Below are positions 21,200 to 31,594 of a DNA stretch of 50,456 bases, piece by piece (within the stretch, counting starts at the first letter, position 1; the number at the start of each line of letters is the position of its first letter). The notes beneath the pieces are model-generated. The model searched no databases. It saw only the letters and a list, made by a program, of their open reading frames with translations, and was not told the DNA's origin. The DNA is from an uncultured Eubacteriales bacterium (GTDB lineage Bacteria > Bacillota_I > Bacilli_A > RF39 > UBA660), in assembly GCA_900320735.1 (NCBI GenBank), contig ONTJ01000023.1, forward strand, positions 1 through 50,456, given 5' to 3'. The position numbers were made by a program, and so were the translations under genes.

Positions 21200-21345
21200 A
21201 AATATTTCAAACTTTTAGTATTTTTTGCCAGCAATAGGGTGTTAATATTTAATATGTTCTTGTGCGTAGCTATAAAGGGCACAATACTTATAATGCTAAA
21301 CGTAATTAACACATTATATACTTCAAAAAACGCTACAAAATGTTT
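21200..21345 (-). promoter_or_regulatory. Putative S4 autoregulatory 5' leader
   Basis: Long UTR after promoter TTGACT-N16-TATAAT (21382-21355); stem 21217-21229 with 21278-21288; UAAC..UGCUGG segment resembling the Bacillus S4 leader. Confidence 0.5.
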
Positions 21346-21546
21346 GCAGTATTAATTATAACATAAAATATATTTAAGTCAACAAAATATATCGCTTTTT
21401 ACTGAAAATATCACATGAATTGTATATAATTAAGCTAGTTTTGATGATGCTAAGTGTTTATCAATAATGATAATTTTAATTACTCGATTTGAATTTACTT
21501 GATTTGAAAAAAATAAAAGCAATAATATCAATGCGAAGAAATAGTT

Positions 21547-21580
21547 AAAATATTGATTTTAGGCAATCAATATTTTTTTT
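21547..21580 (+). terminator. Orphan intrinsic terminator between rpsD and ezrA
   Basis: aaaatattgatt...aatcaatatttt plus T tract. Confidence 0.7.
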
Positions 21581-21652
21581 ACAAAAATGTTGAAATAAGT
21601 TTTAAAATGTAATAATTTGTGATAAAATATTTTATAGTAGGGAAGTGATAGA

Positions 21653-23362
21653 GTGAATAAGACATTAATTATCATTACTGCATATATAATAGTTGTAGCT
21701 GTTTTAATAGTGATTTTCATTGCAAAAACTTCTAAACAAAATAAAAAAATAAGAAATTCAATAGAAGAACTTGAAAAAGAGAAAAATTTAATAATAAATG
21801 CGCCAATACTTAATGAACTTTCAAAAGTAGAAGCATTGGTTAGAGATGACAAATTAAAAAATAAATATGATACATGGCAAAGGAGATTTGATGATATTAG
21901 GAATACATCTATTCCTGAAATTACAGATATGCTTATTGAAGCTGATTCATATTTAGATTCCAAAGACTATAAAAAATTAAGAACTGAACTTGCCGATATA
22001 GAACTTAGAATCTATAAGGTAAGAGAAAAGACAAACTCTCTTTTAGGTGAGATAAAGGAAATAACACTAAGCGAAGAGAAGAATAGAAATCAAATAGTAA
22101 AATTAAAAAACGAATATAGAAATATAAAATTAACATATGAAAATTCTAAAGAAGAATATAAAAATGTTAATAATCAAATTGAACTTCAATTTGAAAATAT
22201 TGAAAAAAGATTTCAAGAATTTGAAATCGTCATGGAAAAAAAGGATTATGACGAAATAAATTATATTGTTAAGGGTATTACTGAAATGATTGAACATATT
22301 GGCTATGTTATCAAGGAAATACCAACTATATTATTAATGTGTAATGAACTTATTCCAAATAAAATAGCAGATATATCCAATATATATATAAAGATGACTG
22401 CTGACATGTATCAACTTGATTATTTAAATGTTGAATACAATATAAAAGAAACAGAAAAGAAATTAAAAGATATCCTTGATAGAGTTAAAGTACTTAATCT
22501 TGAGGATGTTACTTTTGAACTTAAGACAATAATAAATTATTATGACTCGTTATATAATGATTTTGAATATGAAAAATCATGTAAAAAAATATTTGAATCT
22601 AATATAAAAACATTTAAGGCAAAATTAATTAGAACAAATAAAATAATAAGTAATTTAATGGGACAATTAACATCATTAAAGACAACATATGATCTATCCG
22701 ATGAGGATGTAAAAAGGCTTAATATAATTAATGATGAAACAAGGAGAATAAAAGACAGTTATAATAATTTAATGGATTGTAATAAAAATCATTCATTTGC
22801 ATATTCTAAAATGGTTAAAGAACTTGATTTTCTTATGATTAAGGTATCTAAACTTGAGGAAACACTAAACTATGATTTAAAGACAATCGGTAGCATGAAA
22901 GATGATGAAATAAGAGCCAGAGAGCAATTAGACAATATAAAAAATCTTCTTAAAAAAGCAAAAACAAGAATAAGACTTTATAATATTCCTGTAATTCCAG
23001 ATAATTATTTTGTTGAACTACAGGATGCATCAGATGCTATTAAAGAAATACAAAAAGAACTTAATAAAAAACCAATTAATATAGATACTTTGAATATAAG
23101 AGTAGATACAGCAAGAGATTTAGTATTTAAAGTCTTTAATACAACAAATAATTTACTTAAAACTATATCTATGTTAGAAGAAACAATAGTATATGGAAAT
23201 AGATATAGAACAGAAAGTAAGCAGGTAAATGAAGGCCTAATACTAGCTGAAAAATTATTCTTTAAGGGTGAATATAAAAAAGCACTTGAAGTTACAATGA
23301 ATGCAATAGATTATGTGGAACCTGGAATACATAATAAAATTTTACAGGCATATAATGACTAG
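21653..23362 (+). CDS. ezrA: Septation ring formation regulator EzrA
   Basis: N-terminal TM, long helical repeats, YGNRYR patch, VEPG; divergent from rpsD. Confidence 0.92.
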   Translation: MNKTLIIITAYIIVVAVLIVIFIAKTSKQNKKIRNSIEELEKEKNLIINAPILNELSKVEALVRDDKLKNKYDTWQRRFDDIRNTSIPEITDMLIEADSYLDSKDYKKLRTELADIELRIYKVREKTNSLLGEIKEITLSEEKNRNQIVKLKNEYRNIKLTYENSKEEYKNVNNQIELQFENIEKRFQEFEIVMEKKDYDEINYIVKGITEMIEHIGYVIKEIPTILLMCNELIPNKIADISNIYIKMTADMYQLDYLNVEYNIKETEKKLKDILDRVKVLNLEDVTFELKTIINYYDSLYNDFEYEKSCKKIFESNIKTFKAKLIRTNKIISNLMGQLTSLKTTYDLSDEDVKRLNIINDETRRIKDSYNNLMDCNKNHSFAYSKMVKELDFLMIKVSKLEETLNYDLKTIGSMKDDEIRAREQLDNIKNLLKKAKTRIRLYNIPVIPDNYFVELQDASDAIKEIQKELNKKPINIDTLNIRVDTARDLVFKVFNTTNNLLKTISMLEETIVYGNRYRTESKQVNEGLILAEKLFFKGEYKKALEVTMNAIDYVEPGIHNKILQAYND

Positions 23363-23373
23363 GAGGGTTTGCT

Positions 23374-24117
23374 GTGAAAGATGATTTAATACAAGAATTT
23401 GAAATTCAAGAAGAATTAAATAAAAAAGGGGAATATCTAAAACAAGTTTCTGATTTAATTCATGATAAAAGAGTAGAATATTCTAAAAATAGAGAATTAA
23501 AATTAAGAAAATTCAAAAGAAAAATAATAGGTGCAGCTTTTGGAGCAACCACAGTTTTAAGTGCGCGTATAGGCTATAAAAATGGAAATAATAATGGATA
23601 TAGACAAGGTATGGAAGATGCAAATGTTGTTGTATATACAAATTCATATGATATATATAATGCCCCTGATGAATTATTAGTTGAATGGGCATATGCTGTT
23701 AGAAATCAAAAAATTGAAAATGATGATATAAGACAGAATTGCCAAAATGTAATAGAGTCATATACTAAATATTATAATATGGTAACTAGCAGATTAGATA
23801 ATATGGTATTAAATAATGAAAATAGTCTATACATAAAAGAATATAGTGAATTTAAATATCAAATCAATATGCTAGATGATAACTTAGCTACTAGTTATAA
23901 CTATCAAAAGTATTCTTTTGATAATAGTTTATATTCAAAATCACAAATTATTGATGGAATGGTATATGTACCTTATAGTGGCAATATCAATGATATTCCA
24001 GATAATTCAAAGGTGATAAACGTAGATGGAAAAAATAAAGTATTTGTACCAAGTTCATATAATTACAAATATAATTTAGATATTAGAAATGATAAAGAAA
24101 ATAGTTATTCTAAGTAA
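23374..24117 (+). CDS. Hypothetical protein with a basic patch and hydrophobic/Gly-rich segment
   Basis: GGAGG RBS, GTG start, 247 aa, terminator follows. Confidence 0.7.
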   Translation: MKDDLIQEFEIQEELNKKGEYLKQVSDLIHDKRVEYSKNRELKLRKFKRKIIGAAFGATTVLSARIGYKNGNNNGYRQGMEDANVVVYTNSYDIYNAPDELLVEWAYAVRNQKIENDDIRQNCQNVIESYTKYYNMVTSRLDNMVLNNENSLYIKEYSEFKYQINMLDDNLATSYNYQKYSFDNSLYSKSQIIDGMVYVPYSGNINDIPDNSKVINVDGKNKVFVPSSYNYKYNLDIRNDKENSYSK

Positions 24118-24158
24118 TTATTTTCTTTTTTTATTAATATAATTATACTGGTGAAAAT

Positions 24159-24995
24159 ATGAAAAAAATATTTGAAATGTTTGGAATATTATTATTTACG
24201 GGATTTAGTTTTTTTTATACAGAAAAAGTAAGTAATATAATTAAATCAAAGGATCCTATAATGCTGAAAATTAATAATATTAAAGATAGCAATACAAAAG
24301 AAGTGATAAAACCTGTGATAAATAATGATGAATATATCACTGGACTAAATGGTTGCGAAATTGATGTTAAAAAGAGCTATGAAAAAATGAAAAATTATGG
24401 TGAATTTAAAAATGAGTTATTAGTAATGAAGGAAGTAGAAAATAGAGAAATTAAAGATAAATATATTGTAGGTGGAAATAAACTTGAAAAGAAAGTTAGT
24501 TTTTTATTTATCATAAGGGACAATATAGATGAAAATATTATGAACTATATTAAAAATAAAAATATAAAAGTAAATTATTTTATTGATCAAGATTTTTTAG
24601 AAAATAATACATTACTTATAAAATTTATGTCTAAAGAAAGTAATATATATTATCTCGGTAAGGATTCTAAATATATTGATAGATATATGCTTTTTGCAAA
24701 TAACTTGATTCAAAGTAATTCTTCGAATATGCCAAATTATTGTATATTAGAAGATAAAAATGATGAATATCTAAGGGTATGTAGTGATTATAATATGAAG
24801 ACAATAAAAACTGATTATATTAAGAATGACATCTTTGATAATGTTAAAAAAACTTTAAAAAATGGTGCGATAATTGCAATAGACTCAAATGATTATGAAA
24901 AAATTAAATTGTCATTAAATTATGCATTGTCAAGAGGCTATAATATAGTTTCGCTTGACGAGTTATTAAGTCAAAATAATAAGTGTAAACAGTGA
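24159..24995 (+). CDS. ylxY: YlxY/SwsB-like degenerate polysaccharide deacetylase (sporulation-associated)
   Basis: N-terminal TM, DP..GLNG.EIDVKKSYEKMK segment, NodB-like tail (LKNGAII..RGYNIVSLDELL) without catalytic residues. Confidence 0.7.
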   Translation: MKKIFEMFGILLFTGFSFFYTEKVSNIIKSKDPIMLKINNIKDSNTKEVIKPVINNDEYITGLNGCEIDVKKSYEKMKNYGEFKNELLVMKEVENREIKDKYIVGGNKLEKKVSFLFIIRDNIDENIMNYIKNKNIKVNYFIDQDFLENNTLLIKFMSKESNIYYLGKDSKYIDRYMLFANNLIQSNSSNMPNYCILEDKNDEYLRVCSDYNMKTIKTDYIKNDIFDNVKKTLKNGAIIAIDSNDYEKIKLSLNYALSRGYNIVSLDELLSQNNKCKQ

Positions 24996-25069
24996 ACTTT
25001 TTAAAAGTTCTTTTTTTTAATATTTATTTATGATATAATATAATATATATATGATCAGAGGTGTTGTAA

Positions 25070-27280
25070 GTGGCTAAGAAAAAACGAAGAAAAAATAGAG
25101 AAACTAATGGGTTTAAATATCCAATCGAGATAAAAGGAATAATATTTATAGTTATATCTATTATAGGATTTTTGGGATTCAAGGCTAATATTTTGGGTAA
25201 AATAATAAAAGGATTTGCGATGTTTCTAATGGGCTCATTTGATTTCATTGTTCTAGCATTACTTTTAATTTTTGGTGGTTATATGCTTATTAAGAGGGAT
25301 AAACCTAGATATTTTAGCTCTAGAATGATAGGATTGTATATATTTTTAATTGGACTTCTTTCACTTGCACATTTAAATTATATAAGTGATAATACTAATT
25401 TTGTTGATACGATGAAATTAACGATAGATGAAATACTTAAGTGTATTAATACTAAAACAGTTTATTCAGGTGGAGGAATAATAGGTTCATTTTTCATATA
25501 TATATTTAATTATCTTTTGGGACGAACAGGTAGTATTATAGTAATTAGCGTAATAATGCTAATTGGAGTATTACTTATTTCAAATTTATCTATATCCGAT
25601 TCATATGAATGGATTAGGGAGAAACTAAGAAGAAAAAGTGAATATGAAGAAGATGATGATGAACAAGGTCTTGAAGAATATGATGGTGATGTAGATGATG
25701 AAGATATTGAAAAAAGAAAAATCAAGATATCTTCAATAAATCAATTAACTCATCCAAATATTGAGGAACCTGAGGAAAGTAAGGAAGAGGTAAAAACTGA
25801 AAGCGCAAGTAATACTTATATAAATTATAAGTTGCCTTCGTTAAATCTATTATCCAAAGCAAAGAAAAATGAAATAGACACTAAAGAAAATGAAGCTACT
25901 ATAAGAGATAATATTAAGAGACTTGAAAGTGTACTTAATGATTTTGAGGTATTTGCTAAAGTAAAAGAAGTACATGTAGGTCCATCAATTACACAATATG
26001 AACTTGATGTAAAATCTGGAACAAAAATGAATAAAATTAAATCACTTAATAGTGAAATAGCACTTGCTTTAGCTGCAACTGATGTAAGAATACAAGCACC
26101 AATACCTGGTAAAAATACAGTTGGTGTAGAGCTTCCAAACAAAGTAGCAGTTGGAGTGTCATTTAGAGAAATGGTTGGTTTCTTTAATGTTCCACAGTAT
26201 AAATCTGATAATAAATTAAGAGTAGCATTAGGAAAAGATATAATGGGTGAACCTGAATTTATGGATATAAATAAAATGCCACATTTACTTATTGCTGGTT
26301 CAACTGGTTCAGGTAAGTCAGTATGTGTAAATTGTATTATATCTTCTATACTTATGAGAGCTAAACCTGATGAAGTAAAACTTATAATGGTAGATCCAAA
26401 AAAAGTTGAACTTTCTATGTACAATGCAATACCACATCTACTTATGCCAGTTATAACTGACCCAAAAAAGGCATCTGCTGCACTTCAAAGAGTAGTTGCA
26501 GAAATGATGGATAGGTATGATAAATTTGAAGATAGTAAAACTAAGAATATAGAAGGCTATAATAATTATTTAAGAGAAAAAAATAAAAATTTACCTGAAG
26601 AATCAAAATTACCATTATTACCATATATTGTCGTAATAATAGATGAACTTGCAGACCTTATGGTAGTTGCTAGAAAAGAAGTTGAAGATTCGATAATGAG
26701 AATTACTCAAATGGCCAGAGCAGCTGGAATTCATCTAATAGTTGCTACTCAAAGACCATCAACTGATGTAATCACAGGTATAATTAAGGCTAATATACCA
26801 TCAAGAATAGCATTTGCTGTTTCGTCTCAAATAGATTCGAGAACAATCCTTGATTCCGCAGGAGCCGAAAAACTATTAGGAAAAGGTGATATGTTATTTG
26901 ACCCAATGGGTGCTACTACAATGACAAGAATACAAGGCGCATTTATATCTGAGGATGATGTGCTTAAAATAGTTAATTATTGTATATCACAACAAAAAGC
27001 TGTTTATGATGAAAAATTTATGGATTTGGACAGAAGAGAAGAAAAAACTGCCATAGATAAGGATGATGTGGATAATGATGATCCACTATATAATGAAATA
27101 GTAGAATTCGTAATAACATCAGGTAAAGCATCTGCATCGCTTCTTCAAAGAAAATATAAATTAGGCTATAATAGAGCAGCTAGAATAATAGATTTACTCG
27201 AAGAAAGAGGAATAATTGGTCCACAAAATGGATCTAAACCAAGAGAAGTTTTAGTAGCTTTAGATGAAGAGAATGATTAA
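25070..27280 (+). CDS. ftsK: DNA translocase FtsK/SpoIIIE
   Basis: N-terminal TM domain, AGSTGSGKS, IIDELADLM, ATQRPS and gamma domain ASLLQRK..GYNRAAR. Confidence 0.96.
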   Translation: MAKKKRRKNRETNGFKYPIEIKGIIFIVISIIGFLGFKANILGKIIKGFAMFLMGSFDFIVLALLLIFGGYMLIKRDKPRYFSSRMIGLYIFLIGLLSLAHLNYISDNTNFVDTMKLTIDEILKCINTKTVYSGGGIIGSFFIYIFNYLLGRTGSIIVISVIMLIGVLLISNLSISDSYEWIREKLRRKSEYEEDDDEQGLEEYDGDVDDEDIEKRKIKISSINQLTHPNIEEPEESKEEVKTESASNTYINYKLPSLNLLSKAKKNEIDTKENEATIRDNIKRLESVLNDFEVFAKVKEVHVGPSITQYELDVKSGTKMNKIKSLNSEIALALAATDVRIQAPIPGKNTVGVELPNKVAVGVSFREMVGFFNVPQYKSDNKLRVALGKDIMGEPEFMDINKMPHLLIAGSTGSGKSVCVNCIISSILMRAKPDEVKLIMVDPKKVELSMYNAIPHLLMPVITDPKKASAALQRVVAEMMDRYDKFEDSKTKNIEGYNNYLREKNKNLPEESKLPLLPYIVVIIDELADLMVVARKEVEDSIMRITQMARAAGIHLIVATQRPSTDVITGIIKANIPSRIAFAVSSQIDSRTILDSAGAEKLLGKGDMLFDPMGATTMTRIQGAFISEDDVLKIVNYCISQQKAVYDEKFMDLDRREEKTAIDKDDVDNDDPLYNEIVEFVITSGKASASLLQRKYKLGYNRAARIIDLLEERGIIGPQNGSKPREVLVALDEEND

Positions 27281-27410
27281 AAAATCATTCTTTTTTCAAT
27301 TTTTTAGTGGAATTTTTTTGTTTTATGGCAAATATATATATTGAAATATAAAAATAAAATGTTTTATCATTTTTTATATGTTATAATTATATATGTAGGA
27401 TGGTGAGAAA

Positions 27411-28127
27411 ATGGCAACAGCACATAATGAAGCAAATTTTGGCGATATTGCAAAGACAGTAATAATGTCTGGAGATCCTTTAAGGGTAAAAGCAATTGCA
27501 GAAAAATATTTAGAAAATGTAAGATTAGTAAATAATATAAGAGGTATTTGTGCTTACACAGGATACTATAAAGGTAAGGAAGTAAGTGTTATGGCACATG
27601 GTATGGGTATGCCAAGCGCTGGGATATATGTTTATGAACTTTACAAATTTTATGGTGTAGAAAATATAATCAGACTTGGGTCATGTGGAGCATATAAAGA
27701 AGATATAGATTTACTTGATATAATATTAGTAGATAACAGTTATACTGAGAGTAATTTTTCATATACATTAAATAACGAACACGTAAATGTAATATCTTCA
27801 TCAAAAGAGTTAAATGACAAAATAGAAGAAATATCAAAAAAAGAAAATATCCAAATACGAAAAGGTAATGTATGTTCAACTGATTGTTTTGACTGGTACA
27901 TGACAGATATAAATCAATATTTAGATAGATTACCTAAAAATTTAAATATGATTGCCGCTGAAATGGAATCATTTGCAATATTTTATATTGCTAAATTATT
28001 TAACAAAAAGGCAGCATGCCTATTAACAGTAGTAGATTCACACTATAAAAAAGAAGAACTTAGTGCAATCGAAAGACAAAATTCTTTAGATAAAATGACT
28101 ATTCTAGCATTAGAAAGTATACTTTAA
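27411..28127 (+). CDS. deoD: Purine nucleoside phosphorylase DeoD-type
   Basis: GDPLR, HGMGMPS, IRLGSCG and EME. Confidence 0.94.
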   Translation: MATAHNEANFGDIAKTVIMSGDPLRVKAIAEKYLENVRLVNNIRGICAYTGYYKGKEVSVMAHGMGMPSAGIYVYELYKFYGVENIIRLGSCGAYKEDIDLLDIILVDNSYTESNFSYTLNNEHVNVISSSKELNDKIEEISKKENIQIRKGNVCSTDCFDWYMTDINQYLDRLPKNLNMIAAEMESFAIFYIAKLFNKKAACLLTVVDSHYKKEELSAIERQNSLDKMTILALESIL

Positions 28128-28163
28128 AATAAAAAAACAAAACTATAAGAAAGGAGATAAAAT

Positions 28164-29426
28164 ATGGATTACAAGAAATATGAATTTGATGGTTATAATG
28201 CTCATTTTATCAAAACAAATAGATTTAAAAGTATATATATATCATTTGTTTTAATAAATGAATTTAATAAGGAAAATTTGACAAAAAATTTTATACTTAG
28301 AAAATTATTAACCACATCATCCAAAAAACTGAAAAATGAAGTGGAAGTAACAAGAGAAGTGTCAAAATTATATAATTCAGGTTTAGTAGTTTCAAACGAC
28401 ATAATTGGAAATTCAATTGTGACTACTTTTGATATGGAAGTACTAGAAGATAGATATACAGAAGATGGATTATTAAAAAAAGCACTAACTTATTTTTTTG
28501 ATACCATTTTTTACCCTAATATTATAGATAAAAAGTTTGAAAAAGAAAATTATGATTTAGCAATTAGCAGTGCCAAATTATATTATGAATCTCAGAAAGA
28601 AAATAAAAATAAGTATGCAGTTGATAATGCATACTTACTTATGGATGATGAGTTTTTAAAATATGATATTAATGGTTATGCTAAGGATTTAGATAATATT
28701 ACTAGAGAAAATATGGTTACTTATTATAATGATTTAATTAAAAGTGCAAATGCAAATATATTTATGATTGGATCATTTGATGATGATAATGTTTTAAAAA
28801 TAATAAATAAAAATTTAGATAGTAAGGTATTTAAAAATGATAATTATTCTAGGTCAATTACATTTACTGATAAACCAGAATTAAAAGAAAAAGAAGATAT
28901 AGAGACAAACAATCAATCTATTTTAGTTATGCTTTATAAAATATTAAATGCAACTAAAAGAGAAAAGAATGTTATATTTCCTATATTTAATAGAATTTTT
29001 GGTGGAAGTGATAATTCTAAATTATTTAAGGTAGTAAGAGAAGAGAATTCTTTGTGTTACGATATTGGATCTACTATATCCAGAAGTGGAGTAGTTAGAG
29101 TTCAATCCGGCATTAGTTATGAAAATAAAGAAAAAGTAAAAAAATTAATAGATGAACAACTTAAGAAAATGAAAAATGGTAATATAAGTGATAAAGAATT
29201 TAATGAAGCGATTGTTTTTAGGAGAAGGGCCCTAAAACAATTTGAAGATTACAATGATTCAATACTTTATTTAAAAGAAGGAAATGTACTATTTGAATCA
29301 GATGATATAGATGAAAGAATGGAACATTTGAACAGCGTAAAAAAAGAAGAAATAATAGAATTATCAAAGAAGATCGTGCTAAATGTAGTATATATGCTTA
29401 AAGGAGATACTGATGAGAAAGATTAA
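28164..29426 (+). CDS. ymfF: M16 peptidase-like non-catalytic subunit YmfF
   Basis: KTNRFKS and FGG..SKLFKVVREENSLCY; no HxxEH; paired with ymfH. Confidence 0.85.
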   Translation: MDYKKYEFDGYNAHFIKTNRFKSIYISFVLINEFNKENLTKNFILRKLLTTSSKKLKNEVEVTREVSKLYNSGLVVSNDIIGNSIVTTFDMEVLEDRYTEDGLLKKALTYFFDTIFYPNIIDKKFEKENYDLAISSAKLYYESQKENKNKYAVDNAYLLMDDEFLKYDINGYAKDLDNITRENMVTYYNDLIKSANANIFMIGSFDDDNVLKIINKNLDSKVFKNDNYSRSITFTDKPELKEKEDIETNNQSILVMLYKILNATKREKNVIFPIFNRIFGGSDNSKLFKVVREENSLCYDIGSTISRSGVVRVQSGISYENKEKVKKLIDEQLKKMKNGNISDKEFNEAIVFRRRALKQFEDYNDSILYLKEGNVLFESDDIDERMEHLNSVKKEEIIELSKKIVLNVVYMLKGDTDEKD

Positions 29427-30693
29427 TATACAAGGAATGAATGAAGTAGTATTTCATGAACAATTAGAAAATGGATTAAATATATTTGTTTTAAAAAAAG
29501 ATTATAATACTTTCAGTCATTATTTCATAACTAATTATGGTGCATTAATTGATAATTTCATACCAATAAATGAAGATAAAATGCATAAGTTTCCAAAAGG
29601 TATTGCACACTTTTTAGAACATAAAATGTTTGAACAAGAAAATGGTCCAGGTGTAATGGAAAAATTTTCTTCGCTTGGAGGTTCATGTAATGCATTTACT
29701 AATTATGACTATACTGCATATTATGTTTCAGGTGTAGAAAATGTAAAAGAAAATCTTGAATTTTTAATTGATTATGTTCAAAGTCCATATTTTACAGATC
29801 AAAATGTCGAAAAAGAAAAAGAAATAATAAATCAAGAAAGATTAATGACACTTGATAATCCGTATAGAACATTTAAAATGAGAATGTTAGATAATTTATT
29901 TGTTAATTATGAATATGGCAAATCTATTGTCGGTACAAAAAAAGATATTTACAGCATTACAAAAGAAGATTTATATAGATGTTATAATACTTTTTATAAT
30001 CCTAGTAATATGGCCCTTATTATTGTATCAAATGTAGATGAGGAGGAAATAATTGATTTTGTAAGGGAAAATCAAAGAAAGAAAAAATTTCCAAAACAAA
30101 AAGATATCGTTATTGAGAAAAAAGAAGAAGTAGAAGAAGTAAATAAAAAATATGATACATTTAAAGATAATGTTACTAAACCTCATATAGGCTATGCAAT
30201 AAAATTTAGATTGGATGATAGTAAATATGACATAGACAAGATGGGGGCATATATTAGGATATTATTAATAAGTAATTTTAGTAAAATGTCTAATTTAAAT
30301 TTAAAATTAAAAAAGGATAAATTAATACATGGTAATATAGGGTTTGGTGTTAGTAAATATAATGATTATGCAATAATTAATATTACTGTGTCATCTGATT
30401 ATGAAGATAAAGTAATAGGAGAAATAAAAAATAACTTTGATAATTTGGATTTATCTGAGGAATTATTTGATTTAATTAAGAAAAATTTAATTTCACAGTT
30501 TGTCTATTATTTTACAACTACTTCATCAATAATGGGATATTTATATGATGAATATTATGAAAGTAAGACAATCAGAGAAGATGTATTCATAAAACATAAA
30601 GAATTGAACTATAACGAATATGTGAAATATATAGGCATGCTTAATTTTAATAATGTCAGTATAACAGTTATGAATCCATTAGATAAGGAGTAA
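29413..30693 (+). CDS. ymfH: M16 zinc peptidase YmfH
   Basis: GIAHFLEHKMFE, NAFT and VEKEKEII. Confidence 0.88.
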   Translation: MRKINIQGMNEVVFHEQLENGLNIFVLKKDYNTFSHYFITNYGALIDNFIPINEDKMHKFPKGIAHFLEHKMFEQENGPGVMEKFSSLGGSCNAFTNYDYTAYYVSGVENVKENLEFLIDYVQSPYFTDQNVEKEKEIINQERLMTLDNPYRTFKMRMLDNLFVNYEYGKSIVGTKKDIYSITKEDLYRCYNTFYNPSNMALIIVSNVDEEEIIDFVRENQRKKKFPKQKDIVIEKKEEVEEVNKKYDTFKDNVTKPHIGYAIKFRLDDSKYDIDKMGAYIRILLISNFSKMSNLNLKLKKDKLIHGNIGFGVSKYNDYAIINITVSSDYEDKVIGEIKNNFDNLDLSEELFDLIKKNLISQFVYYFTTTSSIMGYLYDEYYESKTIREDVFIKHKELNYNEYVKYIGMLNFNNVSITVMNPLDKE

Positions 30694-30697
30694 GATT

Positions 30698-31594
30698 ATG
30701 TTAAGAGTAAAGAATGTAACAAAATATTATGGTGATAAAAAAGCCGTTGATAATTTATCGTTTGAGGTGGGTGAAGGTGAAATATTTGGTTTACTTGGTG
30801 CTAATGGCGCTGGTAAAACTACAACTTTTAGAATGATAATGAATTTGCTTGATCCAAATGAAGGTGAAATAACATTATATGATAAAAAAATAGATTACGA
30901 TGTAACTGATAAAATTGGTTTTCTAACAGAGGAGAGAAGTTTACTTTTAAAACTTACTGTTAAAGAGTTAATGATATATTATGGAACACTTAAATCAATG
31001 AAAAAGGAAGATATTTTAAAAGAATTAAAAATATGGCTTAAGAAATTTGAAATAGAAGACTATGAAGATAGAAAAATAAAGGAATTATCAAAAGGAAACC
31101 AACAAAAAATTCAATTTATATCTGCAGTTATACATAAACCTAAGTTACTTATTTTGGATGAACCTTTTTCAGGTCTTGATCCTATTAATGTAAATATGTT
31201 TATTGATGCAATTAATTATTTGAAAGAAGAGGGAACAGCTATTATATTTTCATCACATCAAATGAATAATGTTGAACTATTTTGCCAAAAACTACTTATT
31301 TTAAATAAAGGCAAAACTATATTAAAAGGAAGCTTGAAGGAAATAAAAAATAGATATGATGAAAGAAAAATTCTAATAAAAGCAGATGTAACTAAATCCG
31401 AATTATCTAAATTAAAAGGAGTTAAATCTGTTATTATTAAAGGTGATGAAATTGAAGTTAATATAGATAATAAGGAAGATGCTAAAGGTATATTTGATTA
31501 CGTTAGTAAATGTAAAAATGTAATCAAGTTTGAAGTCGTTGAGCTTTCGTTACATGAAATATTTACAAAAGAGGTAGGTGCTAAAAATGAATAA
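30698..31594 (+). CDS. ABC-2 transporter ATP-binding protein (YhaQ-like)
   Basis: GANGAGKTT, LSKGNQQK and LDEPFSGLD. Confidence 0.92.
   Translation: MLRVKNVTKYYGDKKAVDNLSFEVGEGEIFGLLGANGAGKTTTFRMIMNLLDPNEGEITLYDKKIDYDVTDKIGFLTEERSLLLKLTVKELMIYYGTLKSMKKEDILKELKIWLKKFEIEDYEDRKIKELSKGNQQKIQFISAVIHKPKLLILDEPFSGLDPINVNMFIDAINYLKEEGTAIIFSSHQMNNVELFCQKLLILNKGKTILKGSLKEIKNRYDERKILIKADVTKSELSKLKGVKSVIIKGDEIEVNIDNKEDAKGIFDYVSKCKNVIKFEVVELSLHEIFTKEVGAKNE

Noticed and set aside
25825-26424. 199-aa minus-strand ORF, and similar antisense ORFs at 2686, 11967, 21559, 37185, 38992 and 46571
   Set aside because: Ser/Phe/Ile-rich shadows of well-supported genes on the opposite strand
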